Notes: generated by a model not told the origin, from the letters alone. A stretch of 26,988 nt of DNA from a virus (IMGVR_UViG_3300047545_001071:1-26988); one strand, 5' to 3'; numbered from the stretch's first letter, positions 10,033 to 18,469 are shown. Program-made: numbers and translations.

Positions 10033-11802
10033 TTAAAACAACATACCACCAGCATATCCGGTGGTTGCTTGACCAGTACCTAAAGGCTTCCAACCTTCAG
10101 CTGCTAACTCGTCTATTTCAGAATTACCTGAAGAGTCTCCACTACCTATATAGGCTGGGTTGCGAGTTTGTATATCTTCTTTTTTCTTACCCTTTGAAAT
10201 TTTGTTATATACTGCATCAAGTTTAGGTATACTACCTTGATGTGGGTCAAAATTAAATGGCATTACCTTTAGTGGTTTACCGTTACCATCTTTCTCTATT
10301 ACTTCATAGTACTGTTCAATAACTTTACTATCTAATACAAATATAGCCCAAATTAATGCTTCTACTCTATCGTCAAGATAATTATCAGTTTGTTTTTTCC
10401 ATACACCGTTTGCTTGACGCACATAAGTTTTAAACTCATTTAAAGTTTGTTTATCGTGTATAGTAACACAGCGCAACACGTTCATCCAATATCTAAAATT
10501 AGCCATCGAGTTGTACTTGCTATTGACATGAGCAAATACCCCTAAGCGGTTTTCTTTATCAACCTTTTCAGTATACTGACCCATACTTGGAGTGTACTTT
10601 ATAATACCCTCGTAGTTGTGAGTATGAACTAATGAATCGACAACTTGAGCACCACAATTGTTGCGTTCAATTAATAGAGGCGGGGAACCCCATTCGCGGG
10701 CAATATCTAATAACTTTGCTGCAAAGTTGAACGGGTCTAATTTATTATTAGCATATACAGCTACCTGTTCAATATTAGTTAAGTCAGTTATATCTACTAT
10801 CTGTATAACACTATTTGCTCTACCAATACCTTCTCCTACGTCTACCCCGATAGTATAGAAATGATACTCTTGTCTATCTTTATAAATCTTGTAGTTACCT
10901 TCATCGTCTTCAAGTATAGGTTCAATAGCATTTCTTTCCATCAAGTCAAGTTGATCTTTATCTAAAGCATTTTCACCTGCTGATCTAAAAGTATTGCCGT
11001 ATTCTTGATCGAACGCTTCTTGAGAACCGAGTGCTTTACTCATTTGTTCTCTCCATTTTTCGTCTCTACCCGGCACCTCATGCCAATCAACTCTTTCGTG
11101 ATGCCAGCCATTAGTACCTTCTACCGCACCGGTATAAATATTGTAGAACAAATTACCAACACCATTAGGGGTTGATAACATAAAAATTTTAGACTTCTTG
11201 GATGAGGAAATAACTGGAAATACCGATTCCCAAAAGTCATCCATAAACCCTGCATCAATAAATGCAGCTTCGTCAATAAGAAGACAATTAATAGATTCAC
11301 CTCTAGCTGCATCGGATGTAGTAGTACTAATGCCAATTGATGAACCATTTGCAAGAGACAAACCAGTTTTTGCATATTCGATTACACCCGGCTTAAGAAA
11401 GTTAGGTAACATCTCATACGCTAGACGAATACGTTTAAAGATATTGATTGCCGTGGATTCTTTGTTCGCTATTAGGAGTACTCTATAGTCATCAGTAAAG
11501 CATACCATCCATAAAGCAAAAATGGTTAAAATAGTGGTTTTACCAATCTGACGGCTTGCAAGTACCACATTAAATCTATTTTCAACTAATGCCTTTAGAA
11601 TGCGTTTTTGGTAAGGATAAAGCTTAATTGGTTGCTTACCTTCATCTAAGTTAACGATGTAAAAGAAACGAGTAAAGTGTAAGATAGACTTTCTAGCTCT
11701 TTCTAAATCTTCTACCATCTCTTGAGTCCATTGGAACTCAGTTTCTGGTTGCGGTAAATTTTTATTACCGAGATAAAACGTTTGATCTTTAGGCTTTGCC
11801 AT
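10033..11802 (-). CDS. terL: Terminase large subunit (T4 gp17-like)
   Basis: Walker A ASRQIGKTT, Walker B CLLIDEAAF, coupling motif STP, and RNase H-like nuclease residues GVDVGEG...ERN...DDRVEA. Confidence 0.95.
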   Translation of the reverse strand: MAKPKDQTFYLGNKNLPQPETEFQWTQEMVEDLERARKSILHFTRFFYIVNLDEGKQPIKLYPYQKRILKALVENRFNVVLASRQIGKTTILTIFALWMVCFTDDYRVLLIANKESTAINIFKRIRLAYEMLPNFLKPGVIEYAKTGLSLANGSSIGISTTTSDAARGESINCLLIDEAAFIDAGFMDDFWESVFPVISSSKKSKIFMLSTPNGVGNLFYNIYTGAVEGTNGWHHERVDWHEVPGRDEKWREQMSKALGSQEAFDQEYGNTFRSAGENALDKDQLDLMERNAIEPILEDDEGNYKIYKDRQEYHFYTIGVDVGEGIGRANSVIQIVDITDLTNIEQVAVYANNKLDPFNFAAKLLDIAREWGSPPLLIERNNCGAQVVDSLVHTHNYEGIIKYTPSMGQYTEKVDKENRLGVFAHVNSKYNSMANFRYWMNVLRCVTIHDKQTLNEFKTYVRQANGVWKKQTDNYLDDRVEALIWAIFVLDSKVIEQYYEVIEKDGNGKPLKVMPFNFDPHQGSIPKLDAVYNKISKGKKKEDIQTRNPAYIGSGDSSGNSEIDELAAEGWKPLGTGQATTGYAGGMLF

Positions 11803-12863
11803 TAATATATTTCAACTTGAGGTCCAAGGCGACTGGTTTGCTTGCTGTTAGCATCGCATAGATTGCCTTGATTTGATTTCTTTGCATAGAGTGCAAAATC
11901 TTCACCTGTTATAACATACTGATAAGTCTTTACGCCTAAGAGTAACATACCTACCCAGCCTCCTTCGCTCTTGTATTGGTCGAATAACATCTTTTGCCAA
12001 ACCACTCTAAAGTTTGGCGACCCAAAAGATTCTATTATTTCTGGAATCTGTGCACCAAACCAAGCATTACAAGCTGCCATTATAAACTCTCTTCCCTTTT
12101 CCGGTCCTCCAAAAAATGGCTTAGTACCTTGCATTACTGTAAAGCTAGCCCGTCCTGGTTCTAATGCAGTTAATAAACGTACCATTTCATCTTGATTGAT
12201 ATGTGTATCTCCTATTCTACCGCCTTTACCAGAGCCACTTGCAGAAGCCTTAATTTCTACTTTACCTACACCTTGTATAACAATGTCGCCGGGCATACCG
12301 TAATCGATTTTCGAGCTTAATAAAGTAAGAGCATCTTCTCCGGGGCCTGCATCTGGTTTACCTCTATATTCTTTAAAGAGACGAGTAAAGAGTTTTGCAG
12401 CAAATTTATCCTCAATAAAATTAGTTACGGGGAGAGGACGTTGCATGGCCTGGCCCGGTATAAGCTCTTCAATATTAATAAAGCCTACTTCCGGGTTTTT
12501 ATACTTCTCAACAAAGTCGGTAATTTCTGCAACACTACCTAAGCCCATAATAGCTTGAATAAGCCAGTTACCCGCTCTCATTACCGCTGGATCAATAGAT
12601 CCTCGAGTTGAAATTGCTTCTTGTATACGCGGTATTAGAGTCTTTCTATGTAGTATAACATCGATATTGTTTAAAGTATCAGTATCTACTTCATATTCTT
12701 CTGTATCCTTATTATCGTCTCTTTGAATAAGAATGGTACCGTTTTCAACAACAGGAAATAGATTAATGGCGGGCTGACCAAAAATAGACTCTTTGTAAAG
12801 CTCACTTAAATTTTTGTATGGCAAAAATTTTTTCTTTTTCTTTGTTAAATTTTTATGTAACAT
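11802..12863 (-). CDS. Hypothetical protein with a PD-(D/E)XK-like nuclease motif
   Basis: 353 aa; GPGE...GDIVI...VEIKA...GGR pattern; stop overlaps the terminase start (TAATG); TAAATA at 12870-12875. Confidence 0.65.
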   Translation of the reverse strand: MLHKNLTKKKKKFLPYKNLSELYKESIFGQPAINLFPVVENGTILIQRDDNKDTEEYEVDTDTLNNIDVILHRKTLIPRIQEAISTRGSIDPAVMRAGNWLIQAIMGLGSVAEITDFVEKYKNPEVGFINIEELIPGQAMQRPLPVTNFIEDKFAAKLFTRLFKEYRGKPDAGPGEDALTLLSSKIDYGMPGDIVIQGVGKVEIKASASGSGKGGRIGDTHINQDEMVRLLTALEPGRASFTVMQGTKPFFGGPEKGREFIMAACNAWFGAQIPEIIESFGSPNFRVVWQKMLFDQYKSEGGWVGMLLLGVKTYQYVITGEDFALYAKKSNQGNLCDANSKQTSRLGPQVEIY

Positions 12864-12869
12864 TAGATA

Positions 12870-12904
12870 TATTTACTTTAAAATATCAATAATATACGTA
12901 AGTA
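12870..12904. promoter_or_regulatory. Second divergent pair of late-type promoters
   Basis: Minus-strand TAAATA at 12870-12875 (6 nt to ATG 12863); plus-strand TAAGTA at 12899-12904 (8 nt to ATG 12913). Confidence 0.65.
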
Positions 12905-12912
12905 TTGTTTTA

Positions 12913-13164
12913 ATGCCTCCGGTACCGTTAACTAACTTCTCGCCTGGTCAACAGGTAACGGTACATACTATGCCAGCACAACCAGACTTAAGTTTAAGAT
13001 TAAGAGAGTTAGGCATGGTAGAAGGAAGCAATTACGAGGTTACTCTTAAGAAGGGTAATATGACAGCATTAAAAATTGGTAATGCAGTATATGCTTTGAA
13101 TAGTAATATTACCAATCAGATATTGGTTGAACAATACAAAGCTTTAAGTGCAACAGCCATATAG
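12913..13164 (+). CDS. feoA: FeoA-like SH3-fold protein (83 aa)
   Basis: LTNFSPGQQVTV...LRLRELGMVEG...ALKIGNAVYAL...ILVE follows the FeoA pattern; start re-called to ATG 12913. Confidence 0.75.
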   Translation: MPPVPLTNFSPGQQVTVHTMPAQPDLSLRLRELGMVEGSNYEVTLKKGNMTALKIGNAVYALNSNITNQILVEQYKALSATAI

Positions 13165-13207
13165 TAGTTGATTTAAAATCTATATCTACTAATATTATTT
13201 AAAACAT

Positions 13208-13447
13208 ATGAATAACAGACGCGGTAACTTTGCACTTAAGTTCCCTAATAACAAGACCGTTAAGTTTCGCACCCGCGAGGCTTACTCCTATGCCTTTGAG
13301 GTAATGTCTCGAGGCCGCTTTACGAGTGTTGGAGACATGTATAGTAGAGTGAAGAAGTTGTCAACTGGTTTCGAGATTGCTGAACCTTCTTCGCGTAAGG
13401 TTAGAGAGTTCGAGACCAAGTTCAATGGTATTGATTTCGAGGATTAA
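13208..13447 (+). CDS. Hypothetical protein (79 aa)
   Basis: Clean ORF; TTGATT-N16-TAATAT-like sequence upstream; first gene of a 3-gene unit ending at a terminator. Confidence 0.7.
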   Translation: MNNRRGNFALKFPNNKTVKFRTREAYSYAFEVMSRGRFTSVGDMYSRVKKLSTGFEIAEPSSRKVREFETKFNGIDFED

Positions 13448-13450
13448 AAT

Positions 13451-13588
13451 ATGGCTACAAACAAACACGGGGTTATTATTCCCATTGGTAAGATCACGCG
13501 CGAGAGTGCAGCAGCTATTCGCGCTCGAGGTGGAGTAGCACGTACCATTCGCGCTACCCGATCAGATAAAGGAAAGAAGAGGAAGTAA
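13451..13588 (+). CDS. Small basic protein (45 aa) ending RSDKGKKRK
   Basis: Manual translation MATNKHGVIIPIGKITRESAAAIRARGGVARTIRATRSDKGKKRK; packed 3 nt after the previous stop. Confidence 0.75.
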   Translation: MATNKHGVIIPIGKITRESAAAIRARGGVARTIRATRSDKGKKRK

Positions 13589-13589
13589 T

Positions 13590-13721
13590 ATGGCTAAGAA
13601 CAGAGTTATAAAGAACAGACCAAGCTATGCTGAAAGTGCTGGCGATAAGGCCGCGTACCTTAGACGTCTAGGGTATAGTGCTCGTAAGCAGCGCTCAGAC
13701 GCAGGTAAGAAGAGAAAGTAA
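13590..13721 (+). CDS. Small basic protein (43 aa) ending RSDAGKKRK
   Basis: Manual translation MAKNRVIKNRPSYAESAGDKAAYLRRLGYSARKQRSDAGKKRK; begins 1 nt after the previous stop. Confidence 0.75.
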   Translation: MAKNRVIKNRPSYAESAGDKAAYLRRLGYSARKQRSDAGKKRK

Positions 13722-13725
13722 AATT

Positions 13726-13751
13726 AAAGCCGACCTAAGTCGGCTTTTTTT
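13726..13751. terminator. Rho-independent terminator between convergent units
   Basis: AAAGCCGAC-CTAA-GTCGGCTTTTTTT. Confidence 0.88.
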
Positions 13752-13758
13752 ATGTTAA

Positions 13759-14058
13759 TTACTTATTACTAAAATCAATTCCTTTAAAATCGTTTGCCAT
13801 TGCACCAGCTACCGATACAAGGTAGTCATCGGCTAAAGTGAGCTTGGATTGGATCCAGGCCTCAATATCGGCATTAGGAGACAATTGAGTCATCATATCT
13901 TTAATGCGTTCGGCATTACGAATAATTTCATCAATTTGTGAGCCCGCCATTTCGACTTCATGGTCTTCCATGGCTTGTGCTTGAGGAGGAAATTCGTTGA
14001 TTGTAGGCTCAACGGTTTCGAGTAATTGTACGAGTTTGTTAAAGCTGCGGTCTTTCAT
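13759..14058 (-). CDS. Conserved phage hypothetical protein (possible internal head protein)
   Basis: 99 aa; EVEMAxxQI...EAWIQSKLTLAxDYL helical motif recalled from T4-like phage proteins. Confidence 0.7.
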   Translation of the reverse strand: MKDRSFNKLVQLLETVEPTINEFPPQAQAMEDHEVEMAGSQIDEIIRNAERIKDMMTQLSPNADIEAWIQSKLTLADDYLVSVAGAMANDFKGIDFSNK

Positions 14059-14061
14059 AAA

Positions 14062-14457
14062 TTACATATACTCTCCGTATTCGATTTCTTCGGTGTCTTG
14101 AATAGCTTCATCACGTGCTAGTTCAAGTGCTACCCTTTTAATCTTTTCAAGAGTCTTTGGATCAGTTACCTCTACTCCATTACCTTCAGGGTCGGACACA
14201 TAGGCCTTAATATCGAGCACGGCTACTGGTACCATAGCATAAATATCACGACCACGGTCTTGACGAGCGTCGAATTGATAATCGATAGCTTCTCTTTTAC
14301 GTTCGAAGTTACAAAGTACGTCGTAAACTTGACCATCGATTTCAAGATTATCCTTTTGCCACTCATATTGAGTAGAATCAGCTTGTTCGAGTACATCGGC
14401 AATCTGTTCGACTGCGTCGTACTTTTCAGCTAAGATCTTATAAACATCTCGTTTCAT
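14062..14457 (-). CDS. Acidic hypothetical protein (131 aa)
   Basis: Clean ORF; TAAGTA at 14466-14471; N-terminal ILAEKY motif. Confidence 0.75.
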   Translation of the reverse strand: MKRDVYKILAEKYDAVEQIADVLEQADSTQYEWQKDNLEIDGQVYDVLCNFERKREAIDYQFDARQDRGRDIYAMVPVAVLDIKAYVSDPEGNGVEVTDPKTLEKIKRVALELARDEAIQDTEEIEYGEYM

Positions 14458-14468
14458 ATAGTATATAC

Positions 14469-14702
14469 TTACTTGTCTCCGTCGTTACCAATAGCATTTA
14501 CTGGACAAACAGTTATGGCTTCTTCAGCACGTTCAATTTCTTTTTCCGTAACCGGTTGTACGGCTACGTAACTAAATCCCTCATCATCGTTACGTTTAAA
14601 GCTCTCAGACGTCTGCCTACATGCATCACAATCAATACAGGTATCATCGACGTAGTATTTGCCAGGAGTATTAAAAGAGAGTCTAAAGTTTTTATCAGCC
14701 AT
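14469..14702 (-). CDS. Single-cluster [4Fe-4S] ferredoxin
   Basis: CIDCDAC (CxxCxxC) plus a distal CPVNAI; 77 aa; TAAATA at 14708-14713. Confidence 0.9.
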   Translation of the reverse strand: MADKNFRLSFNTPGKYYVDDTCIDCDACRQTSESFKRNDDEGFSYVAVQPVTEKEIERAEEAITVCPVNAIGNDGDK

Positions 14703-14772
14703 ATAGTTATTTAGTAACTACAAAACAACAATCCCGCCCCAAAGCGTTGCCGAAGGCAACCACCCAAGGTGT

Positions 14773-15006
14773 TTATTTTTCCTCGTCCGAAGACTTACCC
14801 ACACAATAGAGAATGAACAAGACGGCGGGAATAGCAATAAACCAGTACGTAACAACTAAGTTCCAAAGCCAAACAATTACACTGAAAATAAGACCGATAA
14901 TAAACAAGAACACCAAGGCCAATATCCCTAAACCGTTATTGTTATTATTATCACCTCCGGAATCGTTCTTACCGTGGTAGTAGTGGTGGTATTCTTTACG
15001 CGACAT
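14773..15006 (-). CDS. Small membrane protein (two hydrophobic segments, His/Tyr-rich N-terminus)
   Basis: MSRKEYHHYYHGKND, then LGILALVFLFIIGLIFSVIVWLW and WFIAIPAVLFILYCV. Confidence 0.75.
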   Translation of the reverse strand: MSRKEYHHYYHGKNDSGGDNNNNNGLGILALVFLFIIGLIFSVIVWLWNLVVTYWFIAIPAVLFILYCVGKSSDEEK

Positions 15007-15011
15007 ATATA

Positions 15012-15365
15012 TTAATTGAGCCCGGGTTTATTACGTCCAAGACCGGCTTTCATTATCTTCGCCGTATCCCTAATACGTTGTATTACATCCATACGGTTGT
15101 TGGCAATTGCCATTTTACCGATTCCATTGATCACCGTATCATAGTACATATCAGCTTCTGCCTTATCCTGAGCTATCATCATGATAACTTGAATGAGTTC
15201 TCTTATAATGTCAGCGACTTCGGCATAAGAGGTACTCGCTAAACGTTGGTAAAATAGAGTAATCAGTTTCTGCAGATTATTAGAACTGTACCCTTCCTCG
15301 GCTACGGCCTCAGTAATAACCACACCTTGGTACTTAGCAGCGAGTATATTATCGGTATTCTTCAC
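15012..15365 (-). CDS. Helical hypothetical protein (117 aa, GTG start)
   Basis: TAAGTA at 15371-15376, 5 nt before GTG; N-terminal ILAAKY motif. Confidence 0.7.
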   Translation of the reverse strand: MKNTDNILAAKYQGVVITEAVAEEGYSSNNLQKLITLFYQRLASTSYAEVADIIRELIQVIMMIAQDKAEADMYYDTVINGIGKMAIANNRMDVIQRIRDTAKIMKAGLGRNKPGLN

Positions 15366-15415
15366 AATGGTACTTACACGGATGTACTCTAGTTCTAGGG
15401 CGGATTACTCGAGAA

Positions 15416-15580
15416 CCCCTATATAGGAAATTTACCTAAAAAATTTTGCGCAAAAAAAATTCCGAGTTCCGAGTTAACGGGATATTTGGAGAAAGGGCTA
15501 ATATAGGAAACTAGGGTAAAAAATCCGTTAAAAAGTTGCATGCACGTTTCCGCACCTATTTTCTCCCCCTATATATAAAA
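15416..15580. other. Non-coding A-tract/palindrome element (left border of the early island)
   Basis: CCTATATAGG palindrome, AAAAAATTTTGCGCAAAAAAAATT, TTCCGAG x2 and GGGCTAATATAGGAAA; a related element lies at 24120-24220. Confidence 0.55.
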
Positions 15581-15629
15581 CTAATTTCCGCGCTTAGGTA
15601 TGGATTTCGCCACCAGGTTCTATTAAACC

Positions 15630-16040
15630 TTATGTCGCATTCGTGTACTTAATCGAATCGACAATGACAGGCTCAACGCATACTGTCGTAACGACCTCAC
15701 CGTTCTTATTAGCATACGTCCGTTCAATGCGCGGATACTTCTTAGCATACTCTTCAGAGGTCATCTCACCGAGCGCCTTGCCCTGAAGTAAGATCGGCTT
15801 AATCATCTTAGCCTTCACTACCGTCTTCTTCTGTGCACCCTTAGCGGTGTCAGTAGAGACATCCGCACTCGCGCTCGACCGCTTCGCAGATGCGACCGCG
15901 CGTGGCGAAGTAAAGTTATTCACAAATGCCTCAACACTACCAGCCTCTTCACACTTCTTCTTAATGATAGCAGCGTTGGTGTACTTGACGGTGACGCCTG
16001 TGACCTTACAGACGAGGGTGAGTGACTTAGGAGTAATCAT
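15630..16040 (-). CDS. Hypothetical protein (136 aa), paralog of 19813..20073
   Basis: Start re-called to ATG 16040, downstream of its promoter; shares the LxCxVTGxTxKxT...I.K...GSxE motif. Confidence 0.75.
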   Translation of the reverse strand: MITPKSLTLVCKVTGVTVKYTNAAIIKKKCEEAGSVEAFVNNFTSPRAVASAKRSSASADVSTDTAKGAQKKTVVKAKMIKPILLQGKALGEMTSEEYAKKYPRIERTYANKNGEVVTTVCVEPVIVDSIKYTNAT

Positions 16041-16064
16041 AATTGGTTGATTGATTATGCGATC

Positions 16065-16093
16065 ATTATGTGAACAATAAGGACAAATGGCAA
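16065..16093 (-). promoter_or_regulatory. Early sigma70-type promoter
   Basis: gagcTTGCCA-N17-CATAAT. Confidence 0.75.
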
Positions 16094-16282
16094 GCTCTTT
16101 CTTGAATGTTCTTCTACGTAGCTCATTCACTGACGTTCATCAGCTGCTCTTCAGACAAAAATACTCCTGCAGGCGTCAGTTGTAACATTTGCGACAATGA
16201 ACAATTTACTGAACATTTCTTGCAACAAAGTTGAACAGAGTGCACAGGAATTGACCTACAGGAGCATAAGTATTTATGCGAC

Positions 16283-16894
16283 ATGAACAACAGAATCAAC
16301 TACTTGATTCCTGATGATGCTTCATCAGGCATTTACAAGATAACTACGTCCGATGGGCATTACTACATCGGATCGACTAACAGCTTCAAAGATCGATTCA
16401 AAGAGCACGAATGTACTCTTCGATTGAGGACGCACAGCAATCCGCACATGACGAACCGGTACCATGCTTCTGCTGACGTATGGGTGTACGAAAGAGTTGA
16501 AGAGGTGCCTGTCGATCGTCTGCTGATCGTTGAACAGATGTACCTTGACAAGCATTGTGGCAATCCTCTATGCATGAACATCAACCGCAGTGCAATCAAG
16601 CCGCCGAGTCGTAAGGGAGTAAAACTAACAGACGAGCAGCGGTGTCAGCTGAAGAAGAGAGTGATAAGAGATCGAGCGGCTTGGATTGAGAAGCTAAGAA
16701 AAGCTAATACCGGAAGAGTGCATTCCTCTGAAGCCAAAGCTAAGATGCGTGCTGCTCGTTTAGGAAAGAAAGGTAAGGCTACTCCAACAACCTTTCAGAA
16801 AGGCCGTGTGCCTTGGAATAAGGGTAAGAGTACTGCTGTACAGTATGTTAGAGGCTGTTACGAAAGGCAACTAGTTTGTCAACCATCTCGTTGA
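16283..16894 (+). CDS. Free-standing GIY-YIG homing endonuclease with NUMOD3-like C-terminal motifs
   Basis: SGIYKIT...YYIGST...RFKEH...HSNPHM...E..YL; HSSEAKAKMR repeat-type motif; TAAGTA at 16267-16272. Confidence 0.9.
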   Translation: MNNRINYLIPDDASSGIYKITTSDGHYYIGSTNSFKDRFKEHECTLRLRTHSNPHMTNRYHASADVWVYERVEEVPVDRLLIVEQMYLDKHCGNPLCMNINRSAIKPPSRKGVKLTDEQRCQLKKRVIRDRAAWIEKLRKANTGRVHSSEAKAKMRAARLGKKGKATPTTFQKGRVPWNKGKSTAVQYVRGCYERQLVCQPSR

Positions 16895-17048
16895 ATTGTT
16901 CTTTAGTCCAAACTTGTTGGTACGTCTGCATACCACCATTAGTGGAGTAGCTAGTAATGATCTTACCTTCATCCGTCGACCAGTCCTTATCGGCGTCGTA
17001 GCTACGAACTTCGTAGATGAACTTCGTGTAATCGTTAATGTTCTTCAT
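16848..17048 (-). CDS. Hypothetical early protein (66 aa)
   Basis: Start re-called to ATG 17048 (MKNIND...), 9 nt after the -10 box of the repeated promoter. Confidence 0.75.
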   Translation of the reverse strand: MKNINDYTKFIYEVRSYDADKDWSTDEGKIITSYSTNGGMQTYQQVWTKEQFNEMVDKLVAFRNSL

Positions 17049-17086
17049 TGTCCGTACAGTATGGTGACCCTTATCGGATATGTCAA
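17044..17086 (-). repeat. Promoter/start cassette repeat, copy 1
   Basis: TTGACA-N17-CATACT-gtacggaca-ATG; 22-nt core ttcattgtccgtacagtatggt (+ strand 17044-17065) is identical in 4 copies. Confidence 0.9.
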
Positions 17087-17088
17087 GC

Positions 17089-17367
17089 TCAATCGCCAAC
17101 GATGATGTAATCGAATTCAGCGTCGTGGATGAGGTACTTGCGAAGGGCTTCGAACTCCTCCTTAACCTTATCGTCGAGGGTGATGTAATCCTCGATGTGC
17201 TCTTCGAGGAAGTAAAGCCAATCTTGCGTCTTCCATACCGGCCAGCTGGGGTCGAGCAACTCGTTAAAGTCCTGGATGATAAGCACTTGTAACGGCTTCG
17301 ATAGGTGCTTGACTAGCTGGTGATCAAAAACGAACTTCTCGGGCTCAAGCTTAATGATGTCCTTCAT
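17089..17367 (-). CDS. Acidic hypothetical early protein (92 aa), tandem paralog of 17410..17736
   Basis: Shared FVFDHxLxKHLSKPL...KTxDW...LEExIE...EFxALRKYLxHxAEFDYI. Confidence 0.85.
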   Translation of the reverse strand: MKDIIKLEPEKFVFDHQLVKHLSKPLQVLIIQDFNELLDPSWPVWKTQDWLYFLEEHIEDYITLDDKVKEEFEALRKYLIHDAEFDYIIVGD

Positions 17368-17405
17368 TGTCCGTACAGTATGGTAACAGTTATGGGATAT
17401 GGCAA
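17363..17405 (-). repeat. Promoter/start cassette repeat, copy 2
   Basis: TTGCCA-N17-CATACT-gtacggaca-ATG; core at 17363-17384. Confidence 0.9.
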
Positions 17406-17409
17406 GCTT

Positions 17410-17736
17410 TTAATCGTTAATGCTGATGAAGATGTAATCAAATTCAGCTTCGTGAGTGAGGTACTTCCGAAGGGCTTTGAACTCATTCGTAACCTGCACT
17501 TTGTACTCCTTCGTAACATTATCGTCAAGAACGACGCACTCTTCGATGTACTCTTCGAGGTAGCGAGACCAATCTGCGGTCTTTACCAATGCGTCAAAAG
17601 GATATGCCGTCTTGTCGCTGTACCAGTAGTCTTCGTTGTGGCCTTTGATGATATCTCGCAACGGCTTCGATAGGTGCTTGGCTAGCTCATGATCGAAGAC
17701 AAACGTCTTGGGCTTAAGCTTATTGATATTCTTCAT
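17410..17736 (-). CDS. Hypothetical early protein (108 aa), paralog of 17089..17367
   Basis: Same shared motifs as the paralog; has its own promoter cassette. Confidence 0.85.
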   Translation of the reverse strand: MKNINKLKPKTFVFDHELAKHLSKPLRDIIKGHNEDYWYSDKTAYPFDALVKTADWSRYLEEYIEECVVLDDNVTKEYKVQVTNEFKALRKYLTHEAEFDYIFISIND

Positions 17737-17774
17737 TGTCCGTACAGTATGGTGACGATTGTTGGATAGGTCAA
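17732..17774 (-). repeat. Promoter/start cassette repeat, copy 3
   Basis: TTGACC-N17-CATACT-gtacggaca-ATG; core at 17732-17753. Confidence 0.9.
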
Positions 17775-17775
17775 G

Positions 17776-18015
17776 CTAGAAATTGCTCTCGAGAAGACTC
17801 TTCAGATCCTTGTAATAATCAAACACTTCCTCATACTCCTGCATATCATCATCCCAGCGCCAGTGACAAAGAGCATACTCCTTAAACCCTTTATCGAAAA
17901 AGATACGATACGTACCTTCGTACTCGTCACTGAACCACTCACAGTCTTTCTCGTTCCAATGAAAGCCGAGCTCGTGGAGTTTGTTCTGTTGTTCCGGTGT
18001 AGCGTCGTTATTCAT
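17776..18015 (-). CDS. Acidic, aromatic-rich hypothetical early protein (79 aa)
   Basis: Start re-called to ATG 18015 (MNNDATPEQ...) within the cassette repeat. Confidence 0.8.
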   Translation of the reverse strand: MNNDATPEQQNKLHELGFHWNEKDCEWFSDEYEGTYRIFFDKGFKEYALCHWRWDDDMQEYEEVFDYYKDLKSLLESNF

Positions 18016-18053
18016 TGTCCGTACAGTATGGTGACAGTTACGGGATAAGTCAA
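18011..18053 (-). repeat. Promoter/start cassette repeat, copy 4
   Basis: TTGACT-N17-CATACT-gtacggaca-ATG; core at 18011-18032. Confidence 0.9.
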
Positions 18054-18056
18054 GCC

Positions 18057-18251
18057 TTATTTCCAACCAATTGCCATTGAGGCAGCTACACCTCCATCAT
18101 TTTCCTGACTACGCTTAGCAGCCATTACCTTGGCGTAGTACTCCCCAGTATCTCCGATGAAGTACGAATCACCAGCAGGAGCGAATCGCCACTTCCTCAA
18201 GAGGTCCATGTAGCTTGCTTGATCAATCCAATTTTTTTGTTCGGGTGTCAT
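18057..18251 (-). CDS. Conserved phage hypothetical protein (64 aa)
   Basis: KNWIDQASYxDLLRKWRFAPAG...F.GDTGEY...SxxIGW; tightly packed between its neighbours. Confidence 0.8.
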   Translation of the reverse strand: MTPEQKNWIDQASYMDLLRKWRFAPAGDSYFIGDTGEYYAKVMAAKRSQENDGGVAASMAIGWK

Positions 18252-18253
18252 GT

Positions 18254-18469
18254 TTAGAAAGAGTCGACTAGTTCCAAGTCATCGTGAACGGCCCAGAAGC
18301 TGTACGAACGACCCGTCGACAAATCCAGGAGCGTGTAGCGAGGTTCGGTCGGATCGGTATCGTCAACATCATCGATGCAGAAGGTCCGATCGGGACGGTT
18401 GCGAACAAGCTGTCCATCGAGGACAACTTGAGCATCGTGGAACTTAACAAAATCTCCTTGTACAAACAT
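18254..18469 (-). CDS. Small beta-rich (SH3-like) hypothetical protein (71 aa)
   Basis: MFVQGDFVKF...DLELV pattern; A/C-rich leader. Confidence 0.7.
   Translation of the reverse strand: MFVQGDFVKFHDAQVVLDGQLVRNRPDRTFCIDDVDDTDPTEPRYTLLDLSTGRSYSFWAVHDDLELVDSF

Noticed and set aside
17044-18053. CRISPR or guide-RNA array
   Set aside because: The intervals are 279-369 nt and each is a complete ORF; the repeat is a -10 box plus start codon; no cas genes are present.
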